DNA of 64,000 bases, taken from positions 224,001 to 288,000 of the forward strand of contig CAVVLO010000003.1 in the NCBI GenBank assembly GCA_963749155.1, written 5' to 3'. The position numbers and the translations under genes are program-made. Positions 40,833 through 50,452 of this stretch are shown piece by piece. The notes beneath the pieces are model-generated. The model made no database searches, was not told the DNA's origin, and was given only the letters and a program-made list of their open reading frames with translations. This DNA comes from an uncultured Armatimonadia bacterium (GTDB lineage Bacteria; Armatimonadota; Zipacnadia; CAVVLO01). Numbering within the stretch: the first letter of the stretch is position 1; every line of letters begins with the position of its first letter.

Positions 40833-43225
40833 AGTTAGTGCTAGCAACCGGGATTTTGATAGCCCTGGCATTGCCCCTCTTCGCAGCCGAACGGCTGGCC
40901 GGCTCTGACCACGACCTCGTGGCTGACCAGGGCGAAATTGTAACCCTGGAGGCCTCGAATTTCCTTGAGCTGCGCGAAAGTTCCAGTTGCTCCTGGCAGC
41001 AAGTCCGCGGGCCGGACCTCATGGAGAGGCTGACCGCTTTCCAGATTCCAACAGACTGGGGCGAAGAGTATGGCACCCGGTTGCGCGGCTGGTTGCTGCC
41101 GCCTGCGACTGGCGAATACACTTTCTGGATTGCCTCCGACGATGAGAGCGAGCTTTGGCTGTCCACCGATACCGGCCCGAGCAACCGCGATTTGATAGCT
41201 TCGGTGCCTTATTACACGGCACCGGAAGAATGGGAAGCCTTCTCCACCCAGCGCAGCAAGCCATTAAGGCTGGAGGCCGGCAAGCGATATTACGTCGAGG
41301 CGCTGCAGAAAGAGGGCGGGGGCGGAGATCATCTGGCTGTCGCCTGGCAGGGCCCTGGCATCGCAAGACAGGTTATTGCCGGCAAGCATCTGGCGGCCAC
41401 TCAAGACGGAGAGGTCGGAACAATCTCCCGCGAGGTCTGGACGGGTGTGGCAGGTTCGCGCCTCGAAGACCTGCGCAGCAGTCCCAAGTTTACTGGCGGG
41501 CCACAAGCCAGACTCGAGGGCGCTGACTCCCCCACCGCGACCTTCAGGGCTGAGAAGCCAGGCAGCTATGACTTGCGGCTTACTGTCACCTCCCAAGGTA
41601 AATCCGAAGAGATCACCTTCCGGGTGCTTGTCACCGACCAGTTCGTTAACGGGGATTTCGAACTCGCTGAGGGTGATTTACCGGCTGGTTGGGAAGCAAG
41701 CGGTGAAAGCGCGACCTTGCTCTGGCAGCCAACAGGCGGAGTGGCTGACTCCGCCTGCGCCCGTCTTGCTTCAGAGCAGCCTGCCAGTGCTTCCCTCCTG
41801 CAGCACCTTCAGCTTGCCCCCTACACCCCTTATACACTGAAAGGCTATATCAGAGGAGAGGGCTTGAAAGGGTTGGGGCGCCGTCCCGCGACCATCGGGG
41901 TCAGCGAGTGGAAGATGGAGAACGGCCCTGAGCGCGAGGTCAGCGAACTGGACTGGACCTCCTTCCAGGTGGATTTCGCAACCGGCCCTTCGGGTCAGGT
42001 GGATGTCGCCTGCAAGCTGGGTTCTTACTGGGAGGCTGGAAGTGGCGCCGTCTGGTTCGACAACCTGACACTTGAGCGCAATACCGGCACTCGGCGATTC
42101 GAGAGCAAGTACCTGGTGCTCAATCTCTACAAGGATGAAGTCACAGAGGCCACCCCCGAGGGCGTCGAGGAGATGCTGGCCAAGGTGGACAGGATGTGCG
42201 AGGCCTATACCGAGCTTACCGGTTATACGCCTGGCACGACGAAGCAGTCGGCCTGGTCTACGAAGACCCATGACATCGAGGCTCTGGGCTGGAGTGGCAA
42301 TCCGGTGCTCTGGAGCGCCTCTCCCGAGCTGATGCGAGAGTGGCGTAATCCGGATTTCCTCGCCGAGATCTTCTTGCACGAATATGCCCACAACTGGGAC
42401 AACGACAGGTGGACTTTTCACGTTCATTTCAATGAACTGAAGATGTATTACGCCCTGGAACAACTTGATCTAGGCATCTACGAGGACGGCTGGACCAAAG
42501 GCCCCGGCACCCTTAACCGCTGGATTGTGCGTTCGCATAGCCAGCGCGAGCAAGGCCGATGCGATGAGGTCGTGCAGGAATACCGCAATATGCTCCTGGC
42601 GCGCGAGGTCGGCTGGGAGCCCTTCAAAAAGACTTACCGCTATTTCCTGGAGCTGCCTGCCGAAGAAGTGCCGAAGGACGCCTGGAGCAAGTTTGAACTG
42701 TGGCATCAGAAGCTCTCGGAGTTCTCGGGCCAGGACGCTTTCGCCATCTACGAACCTGGTGAGCTGGACTTCGTTCGGGCCTACTACGCGCCTCGGCCCG
42801 AGCTACGCGAGCTGGCGGGTATACCGGCCACTCAGGCGAAGGTCGAACTCACCGATGTGAGATGGGAGGCAGCCGAAGTTGGCTGGGAAGAACCGGCTTA
42901 TCGTATATGTGGCACCAGCGCCAACTGGTACCCGAATTCCATCTACGCTCATGCCCCTTCGCGCTACGTTTATGCGCCTGAGGGCAAGTGGAAACGCTTT
43001 ACTTCGTTCTATGCCCTCGACAAGGGCAACCTTGGATCGGTTGTTTTCGTGGTAAAGGGCGATGGAAGAGAGCTCTTCCGGTCCGAGCTTGTCACCAATT
43101 CTGATGAACGCTCGTGCGAATTAGACCTGACCGGTGTAAACCAGCTCGAACTCCTCGTCGAAGAGGGCCCAGATGGCCGCAACAGCGACCACGGTTGCTG
43201 GTTTGCCCCAACTCTTGAGCGCTAG
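40829..43225 (+). CDS. Secreted modular zinc metallopeptidase: PKD-like domain (split by PA14), CBM4/9-like domain, HEXXH M60-like peptidase, NPCBM
   Basis: Signal peptide; TGEYTFWIASDD (PA14); NGDFE..WFDNL; FLHEYAH plus downstream E; SIYAHAPS..GSVVFVVKGDG..SDH (NPCBM). Confidence 0.75.
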   Translation: MKLVLATGILIALALPLFAAERLAGSDHDLVADQGEIVTLEASNFLELRESSSCSWQQVRGPDLMERLTAFQIPTDWGEEYGTRLRGWLLPPATGEYTFWIASDDESELWLSTDTGPSNRDLIASVPYYTAPEEWEAFSTQRSKPLRLEAGKRYYVEALQKEGGGGDHLAVAWQGPGIARQVIAGKHLAATQDGEVGTISREVWTGVAGSRLEDLRSSPKFTGGPQARLEGADSPTATFRAEKPGSYDLRLTVTSQGKSEEITFRVLVTDQFVNGDFELAEGDLPAGWEASGESATLLWQPTGGVADSACARLASEQPASASLLQHLQLAPYTPYTLKGYIRGEGLKGLGRRPATIGVSEWKMENGPEREVSELDWTSFQVDFATGPSGQVDVACKLGSYWEAGSGAVWFDNLTLERNTGTRRFESKYLVLNLYKDEVTEATPEGVEEMLAKVDRMCEAYTELTGYTPGTTKQSAWSTKTHDIEALGWSGNPVLWSASPELMREWRNPDFLAEIFLHEYAHNWDNDRWTFHVHFNELKMYYALEQLDLGIYEDGWTKGPGTLNRWIVRSHSQREQGRCDEVVQEYRNMLLAREVGWEPFKKTYRYFLELPAEEVPKDAWSKFELWHQKLSEFSGQDAFAIYEPGELDFVRAYYAPRPELRELAGIPATQAKVELTDVRWEAAEVGWEEPAYRICGTSANWYPNSIYAHAPSRYVYAPEGKWKRFTSFYALDKGNLGSVVFVVKGDGRELFRSELVTNSDERSCELDLTGVNQLELLVEEGPDGRNSDHGCWFAPTLER

Positions 43226-43289
43226 GGCAGGAAGCGACCTGTCGAGGGCGTAGATTGTCTAACTTGGAAAGCTATACAGGAGGTCGCAT

Positions 43290-46200
43290 ATGCGTCCCTT
43301 AGTGTTGGTAGTGGTTTTTCTCAGTCTGCTCCTCGCGCTGGAGGCGAGTGCCGTGCTTACTCCCCAGGTCATCGACACCAAATTTTCCACCGACGATGTC
43401 GTTATCGCTTCGCTGGTGGTGCAGCCGCCGGCCGACAGGCATGACAACGCTGGGCCGATGCTGCAAGCAGCTATCGATCAGGTGGCTACCGAGGGTGGAG
43501 GGGTAATCTTCCTGCCCGCTGGCATCTACCACATCGCCACTCCGCTGCTGGTGAAGGAGCGCGTAATACTGCGCGGTGACTGGGCGCCCCCTGGCAAAGC
43601 GAAGCCAGGCGAGACGACTGTGCTTGCCATCACGGCCAACAGAGGAGAAGTCGACGGACCCGCTGCGCTTGCCACCGAATTTGGCTCGGGCGTGCGCGAG
43701 GTCACCGTCTGGTATCCCGAGCAAGAACCTGCGGCGATTGTGCCTTACCCCTTCACCTTCGCCACAATACCCTCTGCTAGCGTAGACAACACTTCCATCT
43801 ACAACGTCACGCTCGTAAACGCGTATCAGGGCATCAAGAGCGGCCCCCACAGCAACGAGCTTCATACGCTGCGTAATATCTACGGCACGCCCCTCAAATG
43901 CGGTATCTGGGTGGACACCTGTACCGATATTGGACGGCAGATCCACGTAGATTTCGCCCCGCATTACTGGGTAGAAAGCGGTCTGCCTGGCGCTCCAGAG
44001 TCCCCTTCGGCTGTAGCCGCGCTCGAAGACTGGCTGCTGCACGAGGCTATCGGGGTAGATATGGGTCGCAGCGACTGGGAATATATCTACGACGTGCGTG
44101 TCACTGGCTATCAACAGGGCTTCAAGTTCCACTCAGGGCAGGCGGGCACAACCAATGCGGTGATGTTCGGCTGCGAGACCAAGGGCTGCGATATTGGCAT
44201 CCAGCTTGATGCCCTGAACGGCATCGGCCTGTCTGTAACCGCAAGCAAGCTGGAGGGCCTGACCGCGGCAGTGAGAGGGATGACCAGCTTCGACACGACG
44301 GCCCAATTCCACACTACCGAACTCACCAGCCCCACCGGCGCCTGCGTGTTGCTCGAAGGCAGAGGCCTGCTAAGCTTCCAGCACTGCACTTTCGATGCCT
44401 GGGATGAACTTGCACTAGATGCCCTTGCCGGGCAAGTGAACGCGCTCGATTGCGATTTCAACCAGCGCGGTCTGGCCATAAGGCTTGGGGCCGATGTGCT
44501 TCGCGCGCGCATACTCAGCAACCGGTTCGCCGGTGAGCCAGTCGTGGTCAATTTTAGCGAGGGTGATATCGAGATCGCCCATACGCCAATCGAGTTCGAA
44601 GTGCCCAGTCCAAAGCTGCAGCCAGTGATTCCTGACCCAAGGCCTGCTACAAATAAACTTTTCGTAGTGACCGATTATGGGGCGCTTTCCGGCGGCGCGG
44701 ACTGCACCGCGGCTTTCCAGCGCGCTCTAGACGAGGCTGGAGCGGCAGGCGGCGGTACTGTCTATGTGCCACCTGGCTATTGGTATTTCGATGGCGTGAT
44801 TTCGGTGCCGACGGGAGTGGAGCTGCGAGGTATGTTCGATGTGCCTCATCACACCAGTTCGGCCGGCAGCGTGCTGATGGTGAAGGCCGGCAAGGGCGAT
44901 GAGGCCGGGACGCCCTTCGTGCGCCTTGGCAGCAAATCCGGCCTGCGCGGGCTGACCTTCTGGTATCCCGAGCAAGACCTTACCAACCTTTCGCCCTATC
45001 CCTGGACCATCCAGTCCACCGGCCAGGTAGCTGGATGCTGGATGTAACCTGCGGCAACTCTTATCAGGGCGCCGATTTCTGGACCTACGACAGCACCGGC
45101 CACCTTATCCGGTATTTCGCGGGTTGCTACCTCCGGCGCGGCCTGTTCATCAGCAAATCAGATGGGCCCGGGTATACCGAAGATGTTATGTACAACCCCC
45201 ATTTCAGCGCCCGCTTGCCCAAGGGCATCGTAAAGGCCTGGGAGGGCGACGCCTGGGGGCCGACCATCGACTTCATCTGGCGCAACCAGGAGGGCATCGT
45301 CTTCGGGCGCTGCGATGAAGAATGGGTAGCCCGGACTTTCCTGTTTGCCTCTTATGCGGGGATGAAGTTCGCTGACGATAACGGCGGGATGAGAGGCCAG
45401 GTTGTAAACCATGGTACCGACGCGGGCAGTGTCGGGGTGCTTTTCGAAGCGACCTCTGAGGAGGGAGTAGATCTCTACAACACCCAACTCGTGCATTTTG
45501 GACCCGTCCAGAAGTGCGCCATCGAGACCTCACCCGAGCTTCAACGGGACGGCCAGACTCTTCAACAGCCAGCTCTGGGCAGGCCCGACAAGCGGAATAA
45601 TCGCCGGCCCGGGCAAGTTGCTGCTGCAACAGATGAACACCCTCACAGGGCCCTTCTACGTCGAGGGGGGCGACTTTACCCTTGAGAACTGCCACTTCAC
45701 CAATGAGCTGACGCCGCATGTCACCCTCGGCGAGAACGTGAAATCAGCCCGGATGCTCGCCAATGTTTCGGGTGGCGTGTTCAAAGTTGAGAACAACGCG
45801 GGTGACCGGTCTGTGGCAACTTGGCAGCTCGGCCGTTACAGCGCCCAACCTCGGTACCGGAGGCGCCCCGTATACCTTCGCTTCAGGCTTCGAGCCGGCC
45901 GATATCCAGCCCTTCACCGATACCATCCAGATGGAAGGCGGCGGGACTCGAGCGGTTGATAATCCGGTCTGCCAGCTTGTGGCAGGGGCCGGGCGCGAGG
46001 GGGGCACTGCTCTGCGCGTAGCAGGCCTGTCAACTGACGCCAGCTACTCCTTCGTCTATTATCGCGTCTTCGCGACGCCTCTGGCTATCGCAAGCGACAC
46101 CAAACTCACTTACTGGATAAACCCCGAAGATGAAGAAGGCCGCAAGATTGCGGTTGATTTGCTGTTTGCCGGTGGCGGATATATGCGCGATATGGGCATC

Positions 46201-46665
46201 GCGAACAGTCAGGGGCAATCTTCTCGCCCAGGTGGCAATGCGGGCGATCCCGGCGAGTGGCATCAGATAACTGTGCCGCTCGGTTCCTTAACCGGCAAGA
46301 CCATCTCGGTCATAATGTTCGCGTATGATTCTCGCACCGCTGGCAAGCCTTTCTCGGCCCTGATTGATGACATAAGTCTGACTTCGGATGTCGCTACTTC
46401 TCCCTGGAAGGTAGAAACCGACCCGGCTGAGGGCCAACTCGAAGTCGGTATGCCTCTGAGGCTTGCCAGTACCGCTCCGGGCATCCGTTACACACTGGAT
46501 GGGTCCAATCCAACCGGTGACTCGCCCCTTTACACTGGGCCTATTGTGCCGACCAAGCCAGGCCTGCTGGAAGTCCGTTTCACCACTATAAAAGAAGACG
46601 GTGTGCCAGGTTCGCTCATCTTCAGCAGGCTGTTCGATGTGCTGCCCCAGGGAGGCGCCGAATGA
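43290..46665 (+). CDS. Secreted double beta-helix (pectate_lyase_3 x2; GH55/GH87-like) protein with C-terminal binding module and Fn3/chitobiase-associated domain; frameshifts near 45021, 45535 and 45818
   Basis: LQAAID..GGGVIFLPAG.Y and DCTAAFQRALD..GGGTVYVPPG.W; IRYTLDGSNPT..Y.GP. Confidence 0.75.
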
Positions 46666-47735
46666 GAAGACTGGCCCCCAGTGATTTACCCTCTCGCCCG
46701 CAGTTGCCGGAGGTTCTGGAGTTTCTCGATGGGCGCAACGTGATAACTCAGGCCGACTGGGCAGAGCGCCGAGAGGAATTGAAATCACTGATTCTGACTT
46801 ACGAATACGGCAGTATGCCTCCGGCCAGGCCTGTAGAGCTGGATGCCACCCTGTCAGAGGGGCCAGCCGAGGGGGCTGAAGGCTTCACGCGCGCGCTGGA
46901 GCTTCGGTTTGGCGGTCAGCTTTGGGCCAAGGTTGACCTGAGCCTGCCCGCTTATGCGCCCTGGCCCGCGCCTGTCATTGTGCGTATTGGGCCAGGCTGC
47001 CCTGACCTTGAGGCTACCCTCGACCGCGGCTATGCCTTCTGCGCGCTGCATAATCAGGATCTCGAGCCCGACAAGACCGGCGAGCAATACGAGGGGCCAG
47101 CCCAGGAGGCCTTCCCCGGCTATGAATGGGGCTGTCTTGCGGCCTGGGCCTGGGGCGCGAGTCGCGTCCTCGACTGGCTGGAAAGCGTGCCGGAGATAGA
47201 TGCCACCAAAGCTATCATCACTGGCCATTCTCGCACCGGTAAGGCGGCGCTGCTGGCAGGGGCGCTCGATGAGCGTTTCGCTCTCGTCGTGCCCAATGGT
47301 TCGGGCTGCGGCGGAGCAGCGACTTATCGTATTTATGGCAAGGGCTGTGAGACGCTGGAGGCTATCACTCGCCCTGACCGCTTCAAGGCCTGGTTCAAGG
47401 AGGACTTCGGCGAGTTCGCCGGCCACGAAGACCGCCTTCCCTTCGACCAGCACTCTCTGCGCGCGCTGGTTGCGCCGCGCCCTGTGCTTGCGACCGAGGC
47501 GCTTGACGATGCCTGGGCTAATCTCCTCGGTACTCAAGCCGCCTGGGAAGCCGCTCAGCCTGTCTTCGACTGGCTGGGCGCCCCGCAGGCCAACGCGGTC
47601 CATTACCGGGAAGGCACTCACAACCAGCTTGCTGAGGATTTCGCCTGCCTGCTGGATTTCGCAGATTGGCATCTCAAGGGCGCCCCCTGGCCCGAGCGCT
47701 TGAACAACGCTCCCTTCCCCTCGCCGCTTGGCTAG
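46662..47735 (+). CDS. CE15-like glucuronoyl esterase family alpha/beta hydrolase
   Basis: AWAWGASRVLD, GHSRTGKAAL, SGCGG and LPFDQH.LRALVAPR. Confidence 0.85.
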   Translation: MRRLAPSDLPSRPQLPEVLEFLDGRNVITQADWAERREELKSLILTYEYGSMPPARPVELDATLSEGPAEGAEGFTRALELRFGGQLWAKVDLSLPAYAPWPAPVIVRIGPGCPDLEATLDRGYAFCALHNQDLEPDKTGEQYEGPAQEAFPGYEWGCLAAWAWGASRVLDWLESVPEIDATKAIITGHSRTGKAALLAGALDERFALVVPNGSGCGGAATYRIYGKGCETLEAITRPDRFKAWFKEDFGEFAGHEDRLPFDQHSLRALVAPRPVLATEALDDAWANLLGTQAAWEAAQPVFDWLGAPQANAVHYREGTHNQLAEDFACLLDFADWHLKGAPWPERLNNAPFPSPLG

Positions 47736-47756
47736 TACAACCGAGGAGACTTGAGT

Positions 47757-50235
47757 ATGGAGAAGCTAGTTGTCCTGCTTCTGCTTGCGATGGCGGCAAT
47801 GGTCAGCGCGCAGACCAACTTCCTCATCGCCGGCGATTTCGAGGGGACCGAGGCGCGCGAGGCCTGGGGTGGCGCTGAGCTTGTTCAGTTAGTTGGGCCG
47901 ACGGGCCAGCAGACCACCGGGCTGCGTTCCCAGACCGCCACCATCACCTGGGCAATGGCAGGTCAGAGCTTGCGCCTGCCCGCTGGGGCGGTCACCTTGC
48001 GGCTTGCGGGCTGGGCCAGGGGCGAGGCGCTTACTCCCTCTGAGGCTGAGCCCTACTATCGCGCGCAGCTCCAGGTGGGCTTCTTTGGCGGAGGCGGCGA
48101 GCAACTCGGCAACTGGGAAAGCGCCAATCTGCCGAGTGGCGATTCTGACTGGACTTTCTATGAGGGCCAGTGGCCAGTGCCCGAGGGCGCCTGGCGCGCG
48201 CAGATATATCTGGGCAACAACCACGTCACCGGGACTTCCTGGTTCGATAACGTAGTGGTGGAAGTGCTTGACGAGAGCGGCGCGGCGCTCCAGCCTGTCA
48301 CCGAGCAGCACACCGATGTCACTGGGTGGTATCCACTGGCTTCGCCAGATGTCTCGCCTGACGCTGGCAGCCCGCTTGACCTGTCGTGGCTTAATGAGAA
48401 GCCCGCTGGTTCGCACGGCTTCATCACTGCGCAAGGGCGATGAGTTCGTTTTCGAGGACGGCACCCCAGTGAAGTTCTGGGGCACCAACTGCGTCGCGGG
48501 CGCGGCCTTTCCCGACCACGCACTGGCCGAGCAAGTCGCTGGGATGATCGCCCGCAGCGGTTTCAATCTGGTGCGTTTTCATCATATGGACGCCGACTGG
48601 GCTGCGCCCAATATCTTCGACATCGCCGGCAGCACCTACGACAAGCCGACGCGCCAGCTTTCCGCCGAGAGCCTCGACAGGCTGGACTACTTCATCGCGC
48701 AGCTCAAGCAGCACGGCGTCTACGTGATGCTGGACCTGCTGGTGCATCGTCGGTTCAACCAGGAAGATCTGCGCGGGCAGCCTGACCCCGACCGGGGCGC
48801 GAAAGAGGCTGCGATGTTCGACCCGGTGCTGTGGGACCTGCAGTGTGAATATGCCACCCAGCTTCTCACTCACGAGAACCCCTATACGGGCAACCGGTAC
48901 GTGGATGAGCCTGCCCTGGTGCTGTCCGAGTGCATCAACGAGAGCAGCCTCTTCTATCCCTGGGGCCTCAGCTCGATGAAGCAGGACCGGCCCTACTACT
49001 ATGACGAGCTGGTCGGCCTGCTCGAAGGCTGGTGTCAGGAGCAGAACCAGCCTCTGCCAGAGGGTGACCTGGCCGACCTCTTGCAAAGTGGCAATACTGT
49101 CGTCCTGGAGTTCCTCTACGAGACACAAACGGCCTACTTCCAGCGGCTGCGAGAGTTCTTGAGAGGGCTAGGCTACCGCGTGCCAATCACTGGCAGCAAC
49201 CACTGGGAGCGTCACGTCGGTGATCTACGCTCCAACGCCATGCTGGACTGGATTGACACCCACAATTACTGGGACCACCCCCAGGGCGGCTATTCGCCGA
49301 CCAACAACTTCGGCAATTCCAGCACGCTAAAGGGAAGAGGGACCAATCTGGCCTCTTACCTGGCGATTATGCAGGTGGTCGACAAGCCACTTACCATCAG
49401 CGAGTGGAACTGTGTCTGGCCCAACGAATACATCATCGAAGGGCCACTGTTGATGGCCGCAACCGGGGCAATCCAGGGCTGGGATGGCCCGATGCAGTTC
49501 TCCTGGGGCGGCTACAGCGCATCACTCGACCATATGGATGGGTGCTTTGAGAACTGGAACAAATCGCACTTTATGGCCGCAGGCTGGGCAGCCGCACTGC
49601 TGTTCCGTCGCGGCGATGTCAAACCCGCCGATTGGGGCTGGGTAGAGCCGCTCTCAGCCGATCCAGCTGCCTATTTCAAAACGCCACTTGCTGCTCTTCC
49701 CGAGGGAGAATACCTGCGCTCTGCGGTCGGCAACTCACTGGATGGTCAGGAATTGTCGAAATCTGGCGAAGCAAACGGCGAGGTAAAGCATGATCCTGAC
49801 CAGGGCGTGCTGGTGCTGGATACCGCAAGCTCCCAAGGCGCAGTCGGCTTCCTCGCGGACAAACTCACCGAGACAAGCCTGCTGGCTATCGAGGTCGAAG
49901 AGACGCCCTTCTGTCAGGTCTTCCTGTCCAGCCTCGACAGCAAGCCACTGGCTGAATCGCAACGGATGGCACTTACAGCGGTCGCGCGCGCCGAAAACAC
50001 AAATCAGGTCTGGAAGCCCTTCCGCAATGGGCTGAAGGACCTCGGCACCGGGCCAGTGCTGATGGAACCCGTGCGCGCGACAGTGACGCTCAAGGGCGCA
50101 AGGTCACTCACCGTGACCGCCCTCGACCAGCATGGCAACCCGACCGGACGCACCATCCCAGTGGATGTCACCACCCTCGGCGCGACCTTCCAGCTCGGGG
50201 AAGGCCAGGCCTTCTGGTATCTGCTGGAACGCTAA
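47757..50235 (+). CDS. Secreted CBM4/9-like plus clan GH-A (GH5/42-like) glycoside hydrolase; frameshift near 48432
   Basis: Signal peptide; GDFE..WFDNV; PAGSHGF, FWGTN, NLVRFHHMD, NPYTG..DEPA..INE, YWDHP and KPLTISEWN. Confidence 0.75.
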
Positions 50236-50260
50236 AGGCGAAAAGCTTCTAGAAGACGAT

Positions 50261-50374
50261 GGTGCAGGGGTTCTACCCCTGTACCTCAAGCTAAAGGATG
50301 AACACCGCAGGGGATAGCATCCCCTGCACCCGCACTAGTTGGCTTCGATGCAACACCGCATGAGGGTGCAGGGG
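50261..50374. repeat. Cluster of three GGTGCAGGGG REP-like units, including a 50-bp unit (50301-50350) repeated exactly at 55298 and 57070
   Basis: Hairpins at 50261-50285 and GCAGGGGAT-agc-ATCCCCTGC; inverted pair CCCCTGCACCC (50321) / GGGTGCAGGGG (50364). Confidence 0.8.
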
Positions 50375-50452
50375 CGACGTATTCGCTGCCCAAAATAGCA
50401 TATCCACCTTGAGGTACAGCAGTCTGGACTTGTGTCAGGGAGGAGTACCCGG

